From an uncultured Gemmatimonadaceae bacterium (lineage in GTDB: Bacteria > Gemmatimonadota > Gemmatimonadetes > Gemmatimonadales > Gemmatimonadaceae), in contig CAWAGQ010000006.1 of NCBI GenBank assembly GCA_963781585.1, forward strand, positions 352,001 through 416,000: DNA of 64,000 bases. Direction: 5' to 3'. Positions 50,294-60,438 of this stretch are shown one piece after another (the stretch's first letter is position 1; each line of letters opens with the position of its first letter). Position numbers and translations under genes: made by a program. A model generated the notes under the pieces. The model saw only the letters and a list, made by a program, of their open reading frames with translations, ran no database searches and had not been told where the DNA came from.

Positions 50294-50480
50294 GGTCCCC
50301 TCCCGTTCGCGGCCTAACGGTTCATCCAGGAGCCGCAACAGTCCGGTTCCTCGTCCAGCGCCCTGGCACGGCCGAGAACGATCGCGGTGACAGGCACGGC
50401 GAACGATGCACGACGCGGGGTGAGACCGCAACGGGTGATCAACAGACCTGTCTGCTCCTGCACGCAGGCGATCGTCGCGC

Positions 50481-53400
50481 CTAGGGAATGCTGATCGTCA
50501 CCGCCGGCATCGGCGTCAGGCTCGGCGCCAGCTGCGGCTGTCCGAGCGCCTGGTAGACCGCGGGAAGCGATGTGGTGATGATCCGGTTGAGCGCGCCGAC
50601 CGCGGTGACGAGGTCCTCGCGCGCCTCGCGCGCCAGGCGCATCTGGATCTCGGTGGGGCGCGATGTGGATGCGAGCAGCTGACTCTTCACCGTGCCGAAC
50701 TGGCCCGGCACCGGCGCCACGCCGCCGGCTCCCCCGCCGCGGCCCCCGGGCTCCGGCTCGCCCGGGAGCGTCACCGCGAACTGTCGGCGGAGCGTGCGCA
50801 GATCGCGGTCGACCGCATCCACGGAGGCACGGAGCGCCGCGGGCGGATTCTGTGCCTGCGCCACCAGCGACCGCATCGTGCCGAACGACCCGGTCACGGC
50901 GGCGACCTTCGCGCGCATCAGGCCGGCGATTCCCTGGAGCTGATGCACGGCGAGCGAGACATCGTGCCAGAGCTTCCGGTCCGCGTCGCTCATCTCGCTG
51001 AGCGGGTCACCGCTCACCACAACGGGACTTGCTCCGATCTCGCGGCCGTCGACCGATAGTGCAACGCGATACGTGCCGGGCAGAACGAAAGGCGCGTTGC
51101 CGCCGAGGCGGCCGCTGTTCCACAGCAGCGAATCGGGCAGCGGCTGGTGACGGAGATCCCAGTGCACCCGATGGACGCCGGCCGCGAGTTCACCGGCGAA
51201 GACATCGCCGGAGAGCTCGCGGACCACGGTTCCCGAGGCGTCGGTGATCCGTGCCGTGACGGTGCGCGCCCCAGCGCGCAGGTAGTAGGTCACCGCTGCA
51301 CCGGGTTCGGGATTCTTCCCCCAGAAGCGCCGGTCTCCCGGACTCCCGAAGTCCGGGCGGAACGATCCCATATTAAAGGATGTGGCCGGCCGGATGTCGA
51401 ACAGGTGTGCCGCCGTGCTCAGCGCAGCCGGTGCCTGCTGGAAGGCGGTGATGTCATCGAGGATCCAGACGCTGCGCCCGTGCGTCGCCAGGATCATGTC
51501 GTTATCGCGAGGGTGCAGCGTGATCTCGTTGATCGGCACCGTGGGCAGGTTTGCCTGCACGCGCATCCACTGCGCACCCTTGTTGAGCGAGACGAACAGC
51601 CCGAACTCCGTACCCAGGTAGAGCACGTTGGGGTTCTTCAGGTCCTCGGTGATCGTGCGCACGGCTTGTCCGGCCGGAATGCCGTTGGTGATGGCGCGCC
51701 ACGTCGTGCCGTGGTCGGTGGTCACGTAGACGTAGGGCGCATTGTCGTCCGCGCGATGGTTGTCGAACGTGACGTAGGCGGTCCCCTCATCATGCGACGA
51801 CGGCGCGACGCGGGAGACCGCGGCGCCCTTCGGCAGGCCCGGGAATCGCGACGTCACGTTGGTCCAGGTCGCCCCATTGTCACGCGACACGTACACGGTG
51901 CCGTCGTCGGCGCCGCTGTAGAACAGTCCGGCCTTCCTCTCCGACTCGGCAAACGTCACGATCACGCCATACGTCGAAACGCCGTCGTTCCGGGCGATCG
52001 CGATGTCACGGCCGGCGACGCCCATGATCGAGAGCGAGTCGCGGTCGATCTGCGCGGTGAGGTCCGGGCTGATCGCCTGCCACGAATCGCCGCGATCGGT
52101 AGACCTGAAGATCCGGTTCGCCGCCACGTACAGGACGTTCGGGTTGTGCGGCGAGAGCTGCATCGGCGTATCCCAGTTCCAGCGCAGCGGCGGCTCGCCA
52201 CGTGCGGGTTGAGGCCTGATGTTCTTCCGCTCCAGCGAGACGCGGTCGACCCGGTTCATGTTCCCGCCCTGCGATTCCGCGTAGAGCGTCCGCGAGCTGG
52301 TGGGATCGGCCAGGGTGACGAAACCGTCACCGGTGCCGATGTTCAGCCAGTCGAAGTTCCCGATGCCGATGTCGGCGCGTACGGCACTGGGCCCGAGCCA
52401 CGACGCATTGTCCTGCAGGCCGCCCATGACGTGATACGGCGTGTCCATGTCGAACCCGACGTGGTAGAACTGCCCGATGTCGATGTTGTCGATGAAGTCC
52501 CAGTTCCTTCCGCGATCCCAGGTCACGTTGACGCCGCCGTCGCAGCCCGTGAGCACGTGATTCGAGTTGGCCGGGTCGACCCACAGCGCGTGGTGATCGG
52601 AGTGGGGCACGGTGTTGGCGACGAACGTGCGGCCGCCGTCGTCGGACATGTACAGTTCGACGCCCAGCACGTAGAGGCGGTGGTCATCGTTGGGGTCGAT
52701 GCGCACCTGGCTGAAGTACATCGGCCGCGGGTTCACGTCGCTGACCTTGTGCCAGCTCGACCCCGCGTCATCGGATCGATAGAGTCCCGTCCCGGTGCGA
52801 TGTTCGATCCGTGCGTACAGGACGTTCGGGTTCTTCCGGTAGACGTCGAGCCCGATGCGGCCAAGGTCACCGCTGGGGATGCCGTTGGTGAGCTTCGTCC
52901 AGGTGCGACCGGCGTCCGAGGATTTCCAGATCGCGCTCCCCGGTCCGCCGCCGTTGAATCCCCAGTTGCTGCGGCGGCGCTGGTAGGTGGCGGCGTACAG
53001 CACCTTGTTGTTCGCGGGGTCCATGACCAGTTCGGTGGCGCCGGTGTTCTCGTCCACCTGCAGGATCGGGGACCACGTCACGCCGCCGTCGGTGGTCTTG
53101 TAGACGCCGCGCTCGCGGTTGGGCCCCCACAGGTGTCCGAGGGCGGCGACGTAGACGACATCGTGATCGACCGGATCGACGATGATGCGCGCGACGTGGC
53201 GCGATTCGGTGAGCCCCATGTGCTTCCACGTGTGACCGCCGTCCGTCGACTTGAAGATCCCGCCGCCCCACGAACTGCTCTGCCGGTTGTTGTTCTCCCC
53301 GGTGCCGACCCAGACCACGGAGGCGTCGTCAGGCGCAATCGCGACGTCGCCGATCGAGACGACCTCCTGATCGTTGAACAGCGACTCCCAGGTCGTGCCG

Positions 53401-53639
53401 TGGTTCATCGTCTTCCAGAGGCCGCCGGTTGCGGTGGCGACGTAGAACACCGAGGGGTTGGTTTCGAGGACGGCAAAGTCGTCGATGCGTCCCCCCATCG
53501 TGGCCGGGCCGATGTTGCGGAAGCGGAGCCGCTCGAAGGGCGACGCCACCGATGGGGAGTTGCTCCCCTGCGCGCCCAGGCTGGTGGCCGCGAGGGCGAG
53601 GACGCAGAGGGCGAGACGGGCGGAGCGCGAACGCGGCAT
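50481..53639 (-). CDS. VPS10/sortilin-like BNR-repeat (glycosyl hydrolase-like) protein
   Basis: FRNIGPATMGGR; many S/TxDxGxTW Asp boxes; GGLQDN; ATHGRSVW; C-terminal helical tail. Confidence 0.9.
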   Translation of the reverse strand: MPRSRSARLALCVLALAATSLGAQGSNSPSVASPFERLRFRNIGPATMGGRIDDFAVLETNPSVFYVATATGGLWKTMNHGTTWESLFNDQEVVSIGDVAIAPDDASVVWVGTGENNNRQSSSWGGGIFKSTDGGHTWKHMGLTESRHVARIIVDPVDHDVVYVAALGHLWGPNRERGVYKTTDGGVTWSPILQVDENTGATELVMDPANNKVLYAATYQRRRSNWGFNGGGPGSAIWKSSDAGRTWTKLTNGIPSGDLGRIGLDVYRKNPNVLYARIEHRTGTGLYRSDDAGSSWHKVSDVNPRPMYFSQVRIDPNDDHRLYVLGVELYMSDDGGRTFVANTVPHSDHHALWVDPANSNHVLTGCDGGVNVTWDRGRNWDFIDNIDIGQFYHVGFDMDTPYHVMGGLQDNASWLGPSAVRADIGIGNFDWLNIGTGDGFVTLADPTSSRTLYAESQGGNMNRVDRVSLERKNIRPQPARGEPPLRWNWDTPMQLSPHNPNVLYVAANRIFRSTDRGDSWQAISPDLTAQIDRDSLSIMGVAGRDIAIARNDGVSTYGVIVTFAESERKAGLFYSGADDGTVYVSRDNGATWTNVTSRFPGLPKGAAVSRVAPSSHDEGTAYVTFDNHRADDNAPYVYVTTDHGTTWRAITNGIPAGQAVRTITEDLKNPNVLYLGTEFGLFVSLNKGAQWMRVQANLPTVPINEITLHPRDNDMILATHGRSVWILDDITAFQQAPAALSTAAHLFDIRPATSFNMGSFRPDFGSPGDRRFWGKNPEPGAAVTYYLRAGARTVTARITDASGTVVRELSGDVFAGELAAGVHRVHWDLRHQPLPDSLLWNSGRLGGNAPFVLPGTYRVALSVDGREIGASPVVVSGDPLSEMSDADRKLWHDVSLAVHQLQGIAGLMRAKVAAVTGSFGTMRSLVAQAQNPPAALRASVDAVDRDLRTLRRQFAVTLPGEPEPGGRGGGAGGVAPVPGQFGTVKSQLLASTSRPTEIQMRLAREAREDLVTAVGALNRIITTSLPAVYQALGQPQLAPSLTPMPAVTISIP

Positions 53640-53656
53640 TGGCGATCCTCGATGAT

Positions 53657-54640
53657 CTAACGTGAAAAGCGGGACACGAATGCCCAGACCTCATCCGCGG
53701 CATGGACCAGCGTGGTGCGAGGGCCGATGAGGCGCTCCGGAAGGCCCGAGCCTTTCTCTCCCGGCCAGCCGTGTCCGGCCACCGTGAGCTTCCAGTGCGC
53801 CACCTCGACGCTGTCGCGGCAGCCTCCCCAGGCGAGCAGCGTGGCCGACTGCCCCGCGTCAGGCGAGCCGGCAATGCCGTGGCGTACCGCCACCGTGTCC
53901 GGGCGGGTGGAACAGCCGTCAGCGGCGATCCAGCGATCGAGCCCCGCCTGCACCGGCTGGTGCCGCACGCGCGAACTCGTTCCCGGGAAGGGCGGCCCGA
54001 GCCCGCCATTGTACAGCGCCCGCGGGTCATCCACGCTGTGGATCTGGAGCACCGCCACCGGTCGCGACGGCGCGAAGTGCGCGAGGTCGAGCGATCCCGC
54101 CACGGGAGCGATGGCCGCGACGAGGTCCGCGCGTTCCGCCGCGATCCGATGCGCGAGGATGGCTCCGTTGGAATGCCCCGTGGCGTAGATCCGGCGCCGG
54201 TCAATCGATGTGCGGTGCTCCAGGTCGTCGATCACTGCCGCGACGAAGCCCACGTCGTCCACCTGGTGCGCACGCGCGTAGCCGCAGCAGTCGTCACCCG
54301 CATTCCACGTCAGCAGGCGCTGGCGCAGGGGGCCGGTGCCGTTCGGGTACACCACCAGGAACCCTTCGCGGTCGGCGACAGCATCCAGGCCGGCGTACGC
54401 TTCGAATCCGGATGCATTGCCGCCGCCGCCGTGAAACGCCAGCAATACCGGCGGCGGTATGGTCCGCTTCGGCGGAACGTGCACCAGATAACTTCGCAGG
54501 CGGCCACCGTGCCGCAACGTGTATTGGTGTGTCCCCGGTTGGAGTTGCGATGTCGGGCGCGCCGCGCCGGCCTGCCCCTGGAGGGAGTGCGGCCACCATG
54601 CGACGAGCAGGGCGAGGGCGATCGAGAAGGTCGGTGGCAT
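53657..54640 (-). CDS. PHB depolymerase/LpqC-like esterase
   Basis: AFHGGGG, VVYPNG, WNAG-DDCC, DDVGF, GHSNG, GHGWPG. Confidence 0.88.
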   Translation of the reverse strand: MPPTFSIALALLVAWWPHSLQGQAGAARPTSQLQPGTHQYTLRHGGRLRSYLVHVPPKRTIPPPVLLAFHGGGGNASGFEAYAGLDAVADREGFLVVYPNGTGPLRQRLLTWNAGDDCCGYARAHQVDDVGFVAAVIDDLEHRTSIDRRRIYATGHSNGAILAHRIAAERADLVAAIAPVAGSLDLAHFAPSRPVAVLQIHSVDDPRALYNGGLGPPFPGTSSRVRHQPVQAGLDRWIAADGCSTRPDTVAVRHGIAGSPDAGQSATLLAWGGCRDSVEVAHWKLTVAGHGWPGEKGSGLPERLIGPRTTLVHAADEVWAFVSRFSR

Positions 54641-54647
54641 CGGGAGT

Positions 54648-55127
54648 CTACCACGGATCGAAATCCGCCTTGCGGGTCCCGTGAGCACGACTGTACGTCC
54701 CGCGCACGTAACGTACCTGAAAGCGATGCCCCGCCAGGTGGAGGGTGTGTGTCTTCAGGAGGTCCAGCCCGGACACGTCATAGCGCCCGAAGTAGCTGAG
54801 TTGTCGAGCGAGATCATTGTCGTCCAGACCGGCGAGCCGGGCCCGGTATCGCGCGCGCGCCGCGCCGAACCTCGCGATCAGCTCCGGAATCGTCCCGTCG
54901 AGGTACACCGTCGGATCCCGATCGAGGCGATAGCGCCCTTCCCGGCCCAGCGCATCATGCGCCCATTCCTCGAACCACGCGAGATGGCCGACAAGCCAGC
55001 GCACGCTGTTCGCGGACGGGTGCGGGTGCCAATCGGCTTCGGCTTCCGAAATACCAGTCAGGTTCTGTTGCAGCAGGCTCCACATCTGCTCGTCCATCTC
55101 GTCGAGCGGCTTCACAGGTGGCAGCAT
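54648..55127 (-). CDS. DinB family protein
   Basis: NSVRWLVGHLAWFE...HLAGHRFQ His triad. Confidence 0.85.
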   Translation of the reverse strand: MLPPVKPLDEMDEQMWSLLQQNLTGISEAEADWHPHPSANSVRWLVGHLAWFEEWAHDALGREGRYRLDRDPTVYLDGTIPELIARFGAARARYRARLAGLDDNDLARQLSYFGRYDVSGLDLLKTHTLHLAGHRFQVRYVRGTYSRAHGTRKADFDPW

Positions 55128-55247
55128 GGCGCCTCGTTAAAGGGCGTGGTGGTCCAACGCGGACTGGGCTGCTGACTCACGGAGACCGACTGGCGGCGCT
55201 GCGCCCCCCTGACGGGAAGCGCAGCGCCCATGCAGTGCGGAGACCGC

Positions 55248-57422
55248 TTACTTCGTCCCCGAGAGCTGCGTCGTCCGGATTGTCGTCCCCTCGGTGCACT
55301 GGTTGCCGGCAATCGCGGCCGCCGACGTCGCGTCCAGAGACCACTCAATCGTCTGCCCGGTGGGCGGCGCCCAGCTGTTGTTCCAACCCGCGACGCCGCT
55401 GAAATCGGGCGTGGCGAGCGTGTTGGTCGCGCCGCTGAGAACGGACCCCGACGCGCCGACCGTCACCTGGTGCGCGTCACCGATGTCGTTGTACGTCAGA
55501 CTGGCGAACGGCGCGACCAGATCGGTCGGCGCGTTGAACATGACTTGTGCCATGGTGTACGCCGCGCCCGACGTTGTCACCGAGACGCCGCTGAGCAGGG
55601 CCGGGAGCGTGATGCTTCGGTCGCCAAAGGTGTGGAAGCTCTCCGCGTCCGCGCGATACGACGTGTTGGTGGACGCCTGGACGAACAATCCGTGATAGTC
55701 AGTCGCCGTCTGCCTGGCCGCCGGGAAGCCGTAGGCGGTGAACGTCGCGGGCAGCGACGTCGCCGACCAGAGCGTCGCCAGGTGGCACGCGGCATCAGTG
55801 AGGTAGAGCAAACCGGCGCTCAGGGTTTCGCCGCCACCCGGATTGGTGATCGTCATGGTCGCCGGCATGGGTGCGAACGAGTTCGCCCCGTTGAAGTCGA
55901 GCGTGCCGAGCGAGAGTCCGTTCGACGCCATGATGCCGCGCTGCGCGTAGGCGCGGTCGGTGGCCGAAAGGGCGCCGATGCTCTGGCGATACCCTACCAG
56001 ATCCCACGTTCCGTCGGGAACATGGTTGAACGTCACGTTGGGTGCGAAGGAGAACGCTGTCGCGGGGACGCCGCCGTAGCCGAACGAGGCGAAGTCCGTG
56101 AGGCCGAGGCCCGCGACGGTGCCGGTGACCGTGTTCGACCCGGTCGTCACGCTGGCGCAGAAGACGATGGTGTTGTTGGTAAGGTCGGCCTTGCTGCCGT
56201 ACTGCACAGAGATCTGGAACGATCCCGCGCTCCCCGTGACGTACGCGTAGGCGCCAGTCGCCGAGTTCAGCGTGTACTGGTAAACGTGATTGGTGCCGGT
56301 GAGCATCGTCCACGCCCCGTTGCCGTCCTGTGCCGCCAGCCAGATCGGCTGCTGATCCGGATCGCACGCCGAGAAATCCGCCGTCACGAGATTCCCGCCG
56401 CCGCCGCCGCCCGTGATGGTGAGCCCGACGTTGGTCTGCGCCACGGTGGATCCCGACGTGCCGGTGGCGGTGACTGTGAACGTTCCGGGCGTCGCGCTGC
56501 CGGACGCGGTCAGGGTAAGTGAGGTGGAGGTGCCGGACGTGCTGGTCGGGTCGAACGTCGCCGTCACACCGCCGGGCAGGCCCGAGGCGCTGAAGGCAAT
56601 CACGCCGCTGAAGCCGCCCGTTCGCGTGACGGTGATCGTCGTCGCCGCGTGCGCGCCCTGCGCGATGCTGAGGGACGTGGGCAGCGCCGCGAGGGTGAAG
56701 CCCGCTGGCGCCGTCACCGTGAGGACGATCGTCGTCGTGGCGTCTGAGACGCCGGTGCCGGAGCCTTTCACGGTGAGGTTGTAGGTATTGGCGGCGACCG
56801 AGGCGCCCACGGTGACGGTGGCGGTCGAGGTCGTACCCGTCACGTCCGCCGGATTGAACGACACCGTTACGCCCGTGGGCAGGTCCCTGGCCGTGAGGTT
56901 GACGGTCCCGGTGTAGTTGCTGCGCGAAATGGTGATGGTCACCGGGCCACTCCCGGAGGGCGCGAGCGATACGCTTCCGGCAGCGAGGCTGATGCTCGCG
57001 GTGCCGGTGGCGGTCACGGTCAGGCTGAAGGTCGCGGTGGCGTCGGTGACGCCGCTCCCCTTGACGCGAATCGTGAGCGGATACGAGCCGGTCGCGACGG
57101 CGTCGCCGATGGTCAGGGTGATGGTGGCGGACGTGGAGGTGCCGTCGGAACTGGTCTGGACGTTCGAGGCCGAGCCGCTGGCCCCGGTGGGCGCCCCTTC
57201 GACCGAAAAGGTCAGGGTGCCGGTGTATCCACCACCGCGCGCCACGGAGACGCTGAACTGCGAGGAACTCCCCTGGGCGATGGAGCCGGAAGAGGAGCCG
57301 AGGTGTAGCGTGATCGTGTAATTGGTGCCGGTGACCTTGTCGCCGCCGCCCGAACTGCAGCCCTGGACTCCGAACACCACAGCGCCTAACGCCAACGCAC
57401 AACCCGACAGACGGCGAGACAT
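55248..57422 (-). CDS. Thr/Ser-rich surface lipoprotein with three tandem Ig-like repeats
   Basis: Lipobox VQGC; three copies of SIAQG...V/I-x-R-x-GG-Y/F-TG...LP-x-GVT-x-FNP...TY-x-LT-x-KGSG. Confidence 0.75.
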   Translation of the reverse strand: MSRRLSGCALALGAVVFGVQGCSSGGGDKVTGTNYTITLHLGSSSGSIAQGSSSQFSVSVARGGGYTGTLTFSVEGAPTGASGSASNVQTSSDGTSTSATITLTIGDAVATGSYPLTIRVKGSGVTDATATFSLTVTATGTASISLAAGSVSLAPSGSGPVTITISRSNYTGTVNLTARDLPTGVTVSFNPADVTGTTSTATVTVGASVAANTYNLTVKGSGTGVSDATTTIVLTVTAPAGFTLAALPTSLSIAQGAHAATTITVTRTGGFSGVIAFSASGLPGGVTATFDPTSTSGTSTSLTLTASGSATPGTFTVTATGTSGSTVAQTNVGLTITGGGGGGNLVTADFSACDPDQQPIWLAAQDGNGAWTMLTGTNHVYQYTLNSATGAYAYVTGSAGSFQISVQYGSKADLTNNTIVFCASVTTGSNTVTGTVAGLGLTDFASFGYGGVPATAFSFAPNVTFNHVPDGTWDLVGYRQSIGALSATDRAYAQRGIMASNGLSLGTLDFNGANSFAPMPATMTITNPGGGETLSAGLLYLTDAACHLATLWSATSLPATFTAYGFPAARQTATDYHGLFVQASTNTSYRADAESFHTFGDRSITLPALLSGVSVTTSGAAYTMAQVMFNAPTDLVAPFASLTYNDIGDAHQVTVGASGSVLSGATNTLATPDFSGVAGWNNSWAPPTGQTIEWSLDATSAAAIAGNQCTEGTTIRTTQLSGTK

Positions 57423-57636
57423 GACAGGATCTCCGGAAGCCCGGACGGCGGCCGGCGGCCCACGACGCGGCCCGACGAACCAGCAGCGGGTAAGGTGGAT
57501 GCGAACGAACGTTTAGTCGACGCCCGGCGTCGGGCCCCGAAAGTGGTGCAGCCAGACCACTGTGGCAGCGCCAGGATAAACGGGAGATTAACATATGGCT
57601 TGAGGCGTACTCGACCGCAAGCTGCCGACCGCGGCC

Positions 57637-58291
57637 TTAAGCGAGGTGGCGTGGCCGTCTCGACTCGGCGGAATGCGGCGACGCCCGTAGCATGCGTTGG
57701 GCAGGAGTTCGCCGATCGAGTCGCGGCGCCGCAGCAGTATGCCAACGAAACCGGTCGGTGATCGGCGTGGTGAGAAACGCGGGAATGAGTGGAATCGCGC
57801 CGTTCCACACGCGCGCTGCGACTGCGGAAACCCGCTGAACCACGTCGGCCGTGAACTGAGACCTGTGGCACGCCATCGAGCGTGCAGACGACTGGAGATC
57901 TGCCGGGGTGAACGGCACCTGCACCGTGGCATACCGCGCGTCCGGCACAAGGAGGGGCGGTTCGCCACGCTGCGGGTTCATCGCGCGGATTGCTTCAGCG
58001 GGCAGATACAGCGCGCCTCTTCCGTTCGCGCACGGACGAGGTCCTGAGTGGGCGGCGCTGTGTCCCCCCGCGCAGCGGCGAAGCCGGTGCCTTGTCCGCC
58101 ATCGGTCGCAATCAGCAGATGGACCTGCACGCCTTCGCGCGCGTAACGAGACAGGATAGGTGCGGCGGGATCCTCGTCGTCAGCATGGGCCAGCACCGCC
58201 ACGAGTGTTCTGGGTCCAGTCGATTGCGAAAGGGACACGGCGGGGATGAAGAGCAACGGCGCGGCGATGACGACTGAAGTCAACGGGTACA
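57637..58291 (-). pseudogene. PIG-L family deacetylase with internal deletion/frameshift
   Basis: AVLAHADDE, IATDG, ARTEEARC in ORF 57978..58313. The C-terminal MACHRSQF segment lies in another frame (57637..57981); the central HxDH region is missing. Confidence 0.7.
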
Positions 58292-58477
58292 TGGTGCGCT
58301 CCTGGGGCCGCAAAGAACGGCGTGCCCTGGTCGGGAACGTCGCCGTGGCATGAAGAAGATGTACTTGTTCATCCGTGCGCGTTCCTGGAGAGCGGCGTTT
58401 CGCCCTACGTCTGCGCTCAGCCGCGACGGAAGATCATGGGAAGCGCACCGCCGGCGTCGCCGTGCTGTGCGGGGCGT

Positions 58478-59716
58478 CTAACGCACCACTCTCGCATTGT
58501 GGACGCCCGGAGCCAGAAACACCCGGATCGCGTGATCTCCCAGGCCTACCTCGGCCACATCGGCCACGCCGTCGCCGTCGAAGTCGCGTACGCCAAGTGA
58601 CGCCGGTGCCGGACCCGACGGTACGCTCACCGGATCTTCGAACGAGCCGTCACCCCGGCCATACAGCAGAGACAGGGTGCCGTGCTCCAGGTTCGCCGCA
58701 ACGGCGTCGAGCCTCCCGTCTCCGTTCAGGTCGCCTAACGCCACGTCGACGGGTGAGGGCAGTGGGATCACCACGGCGTCGCTGAACCCCGAGGCCGCCC
58801 CGAGTCGGACCACGAGCTGGTTGGTGAAGCCGTAACACGCGATCACCAGATCGTCGCGGCCGTCGGCATTGAGATCGCCGACCGCCAACGCGATGGTGCC
58901 GTCGGTGCCCGGGTTGGATGACACTGGAGGAACGATGGTCGGTGCACCAAACTCGCCCGTGCCGCGCCCGTGAAACACGAGGGCGGCGGCCTGCGGATCG
59001 CCTACGGCAACCGCCACATCCGCCAGGCCGTCGCCGTCGAAGTCACCCGCCGCGACGTCGACGGTCGTGAAGTACGGAGTTCCCATCTCCCACACCCGCC
59101 GCAGTTCCCCGGTGGCGGAGCCCAGGTAGGCCGTGACATACACCGGCGCGCCCGAGCCGTCGTGGACCGCGACGACGTCGTCGAACCTGTCGCCGTTCAG
59201 GTCTGCGACGACAACGCGACTCCCGTGATTGCGGAGGGAATACCGCACTGGCGCGCCGAACTGGGCGCCGCCCAGGCCGAGGCGAACGTTGAGCGCGTTG
59301 TCGTGGCCGATCACCAGCAAGTCGGGAATTCCGTCGCCGTTCACATCGCCGACCGCGGCCTGACGAGCGTCGCTCTCGGCGGGGAGCGCGATCACCTGCC
59401 CGAAGCCGCTCACATGGTCGCCGGGCAGAATCCGGATCGAGAGATCGCTCCGCGCGATTGCGATCAAGTCTGGGCGCGCGTCGCCGACCACGTTCAGGGC
59501 GGTCAGGTTGACCAGGGTGCTGGCGCCGACGTCGTAGACACCCGCTGGTTGCGGTAGAGGATGCGGACCGGGAGATGCCGGATCGCGCGCGCATGCCACC
59601 AGAGCGAGCGAGACCAGGGCGCCGAGCGAGGCCAGCCCTTGTGTTCCGCGACCCCTCACTGTGCCCGCATGCTCCGCCACGAACCCCTCCCCAGTTTGGT
59701 ACGGGTCGCCGGCCAT
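58478..59716 (-). CDS. FG-GAP/VCBS repeat lipoprotein
   Basis: Repeated D-V/L/F-N/D-GDG-x-x-D motifs; lipobox LVAC. True start probably downstream of 59716. Confidence 0.85.
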   Translation of the reverse strand: MAGDPYQTGEGFVAEHAGTVRGRGTQGLASLGALVSLALVACARDPASPGPHPLPQPAGVYDVGASTLVNLTALNVVGDARPDLIAIARSDLSIRILPGDHVSGFGQVIALPAESDARQAAVGDVNGDGIPDLLVIGHDNALNVRLGLGGAQFGAPVRYSLRNHGSRVVVADLNGDRFDDVVAVHDGSGAPVYVTAYLGSATGELRRVWEMGTPYFTTVDVAAGDFDGDGLADVAVAVGDPQAAALVFHGRGTGEFGAPTIVPPVSSNPGTDGTIALAVGDLNADGRDDLVIACYGFTNQLVVRLGAASGFSDAVVIPLPSPVDVALGDLNGDGRLDAVAANLEHGTLSLLYGRGDGSFEDPVSVPSGPAPASLGVRDFDGDGVADVAEVGLGDHAIRVFLAPGVHNARVVR

Positions 59717-59991
59717 CCCGTCGACAGGTTGCCGATCATTGCAGCGGAATCAGGCGATCGTGGCCGAAGTTCCCCGGATAGTTACCGGCGCGGGAATCCC
59801 GGCCCCGATGCGCTCCGGGGAGCGGCGGGCATCGTGCACCTTGTCGCGGACGGCATCGACGGCGATAGTGTGTCCGCTGAAGCGGTGATACCGAGGGGAA
59901 CAAGGATCTCGCGGTGCTGTCTTCGCGCCCAGGCTGGGAGCGTCGGGATCCGTCCCCTCGGCCGCTCCGGCCATCCAACTCCCTTCCCGCG

Positions 59992-60438
59992 ATGAACCCG
60001 GACCAAGAAGACCTGACCGTCGGCCTGGAGGATGGCGGCGGAATCCTGTGCATCCGCAACCCGGATGTTCACCGGGGATGGAACGGCATCCGCTATCGCA
60101 CCGGCATGTCGGCGAAGAACGTCGGCGCGCGGAGCCTGTCCATGAATGTCGCGACCGTGCCTCCCGGGGCGGTGGCGTACGCCCACCTGCACGACGGCTT
60201 TGAGGTGATGCTCTTCATCCTCGAAGGACGGGTGCGCCACGAGTACGGCGATGGGCTCAGGGAATCCATGGAGAATGGTCCCGGCGACTTCATCTTCATA
60301 CGCCCGGGAGTTCCCCACGAGGTGCTGAACCTGAGCGACGAGGAGCCCGTTGTGGCGGTGGTGGCACGCTCCGATGCGTCGGAGTGGTCGAACATCATCG
60401 ACTACCCGTCACCGCGAAGGCCACCGGCCGGAGGCTGA
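59992..60438 (+). CDS. Cupin domain protein
   Basis: AHLHDGFE...ILEG and GDFIFIRPGVPH cupin motifs. Confidence 0.88.
   Translation: MNPDQEDLTVGLEDGGGILCIRNPDVHRGWNGIRYRTGMSAKNVGARSLSMNVATVPPGAVAYAHLHDGFEVMLFILEGRVRHEYGDGLRESMENGPGDFIFIRPGVPHEVLNLSDEEPVVAVVARSDASEWSNIIDYPSPRRPPAGG

Noticed and set aside
60402..60438. 37-nt convergent overlap of the cupin and ankyrin genes
   Set aside because: Short 3' overlaps are common in GC-rich genomes.
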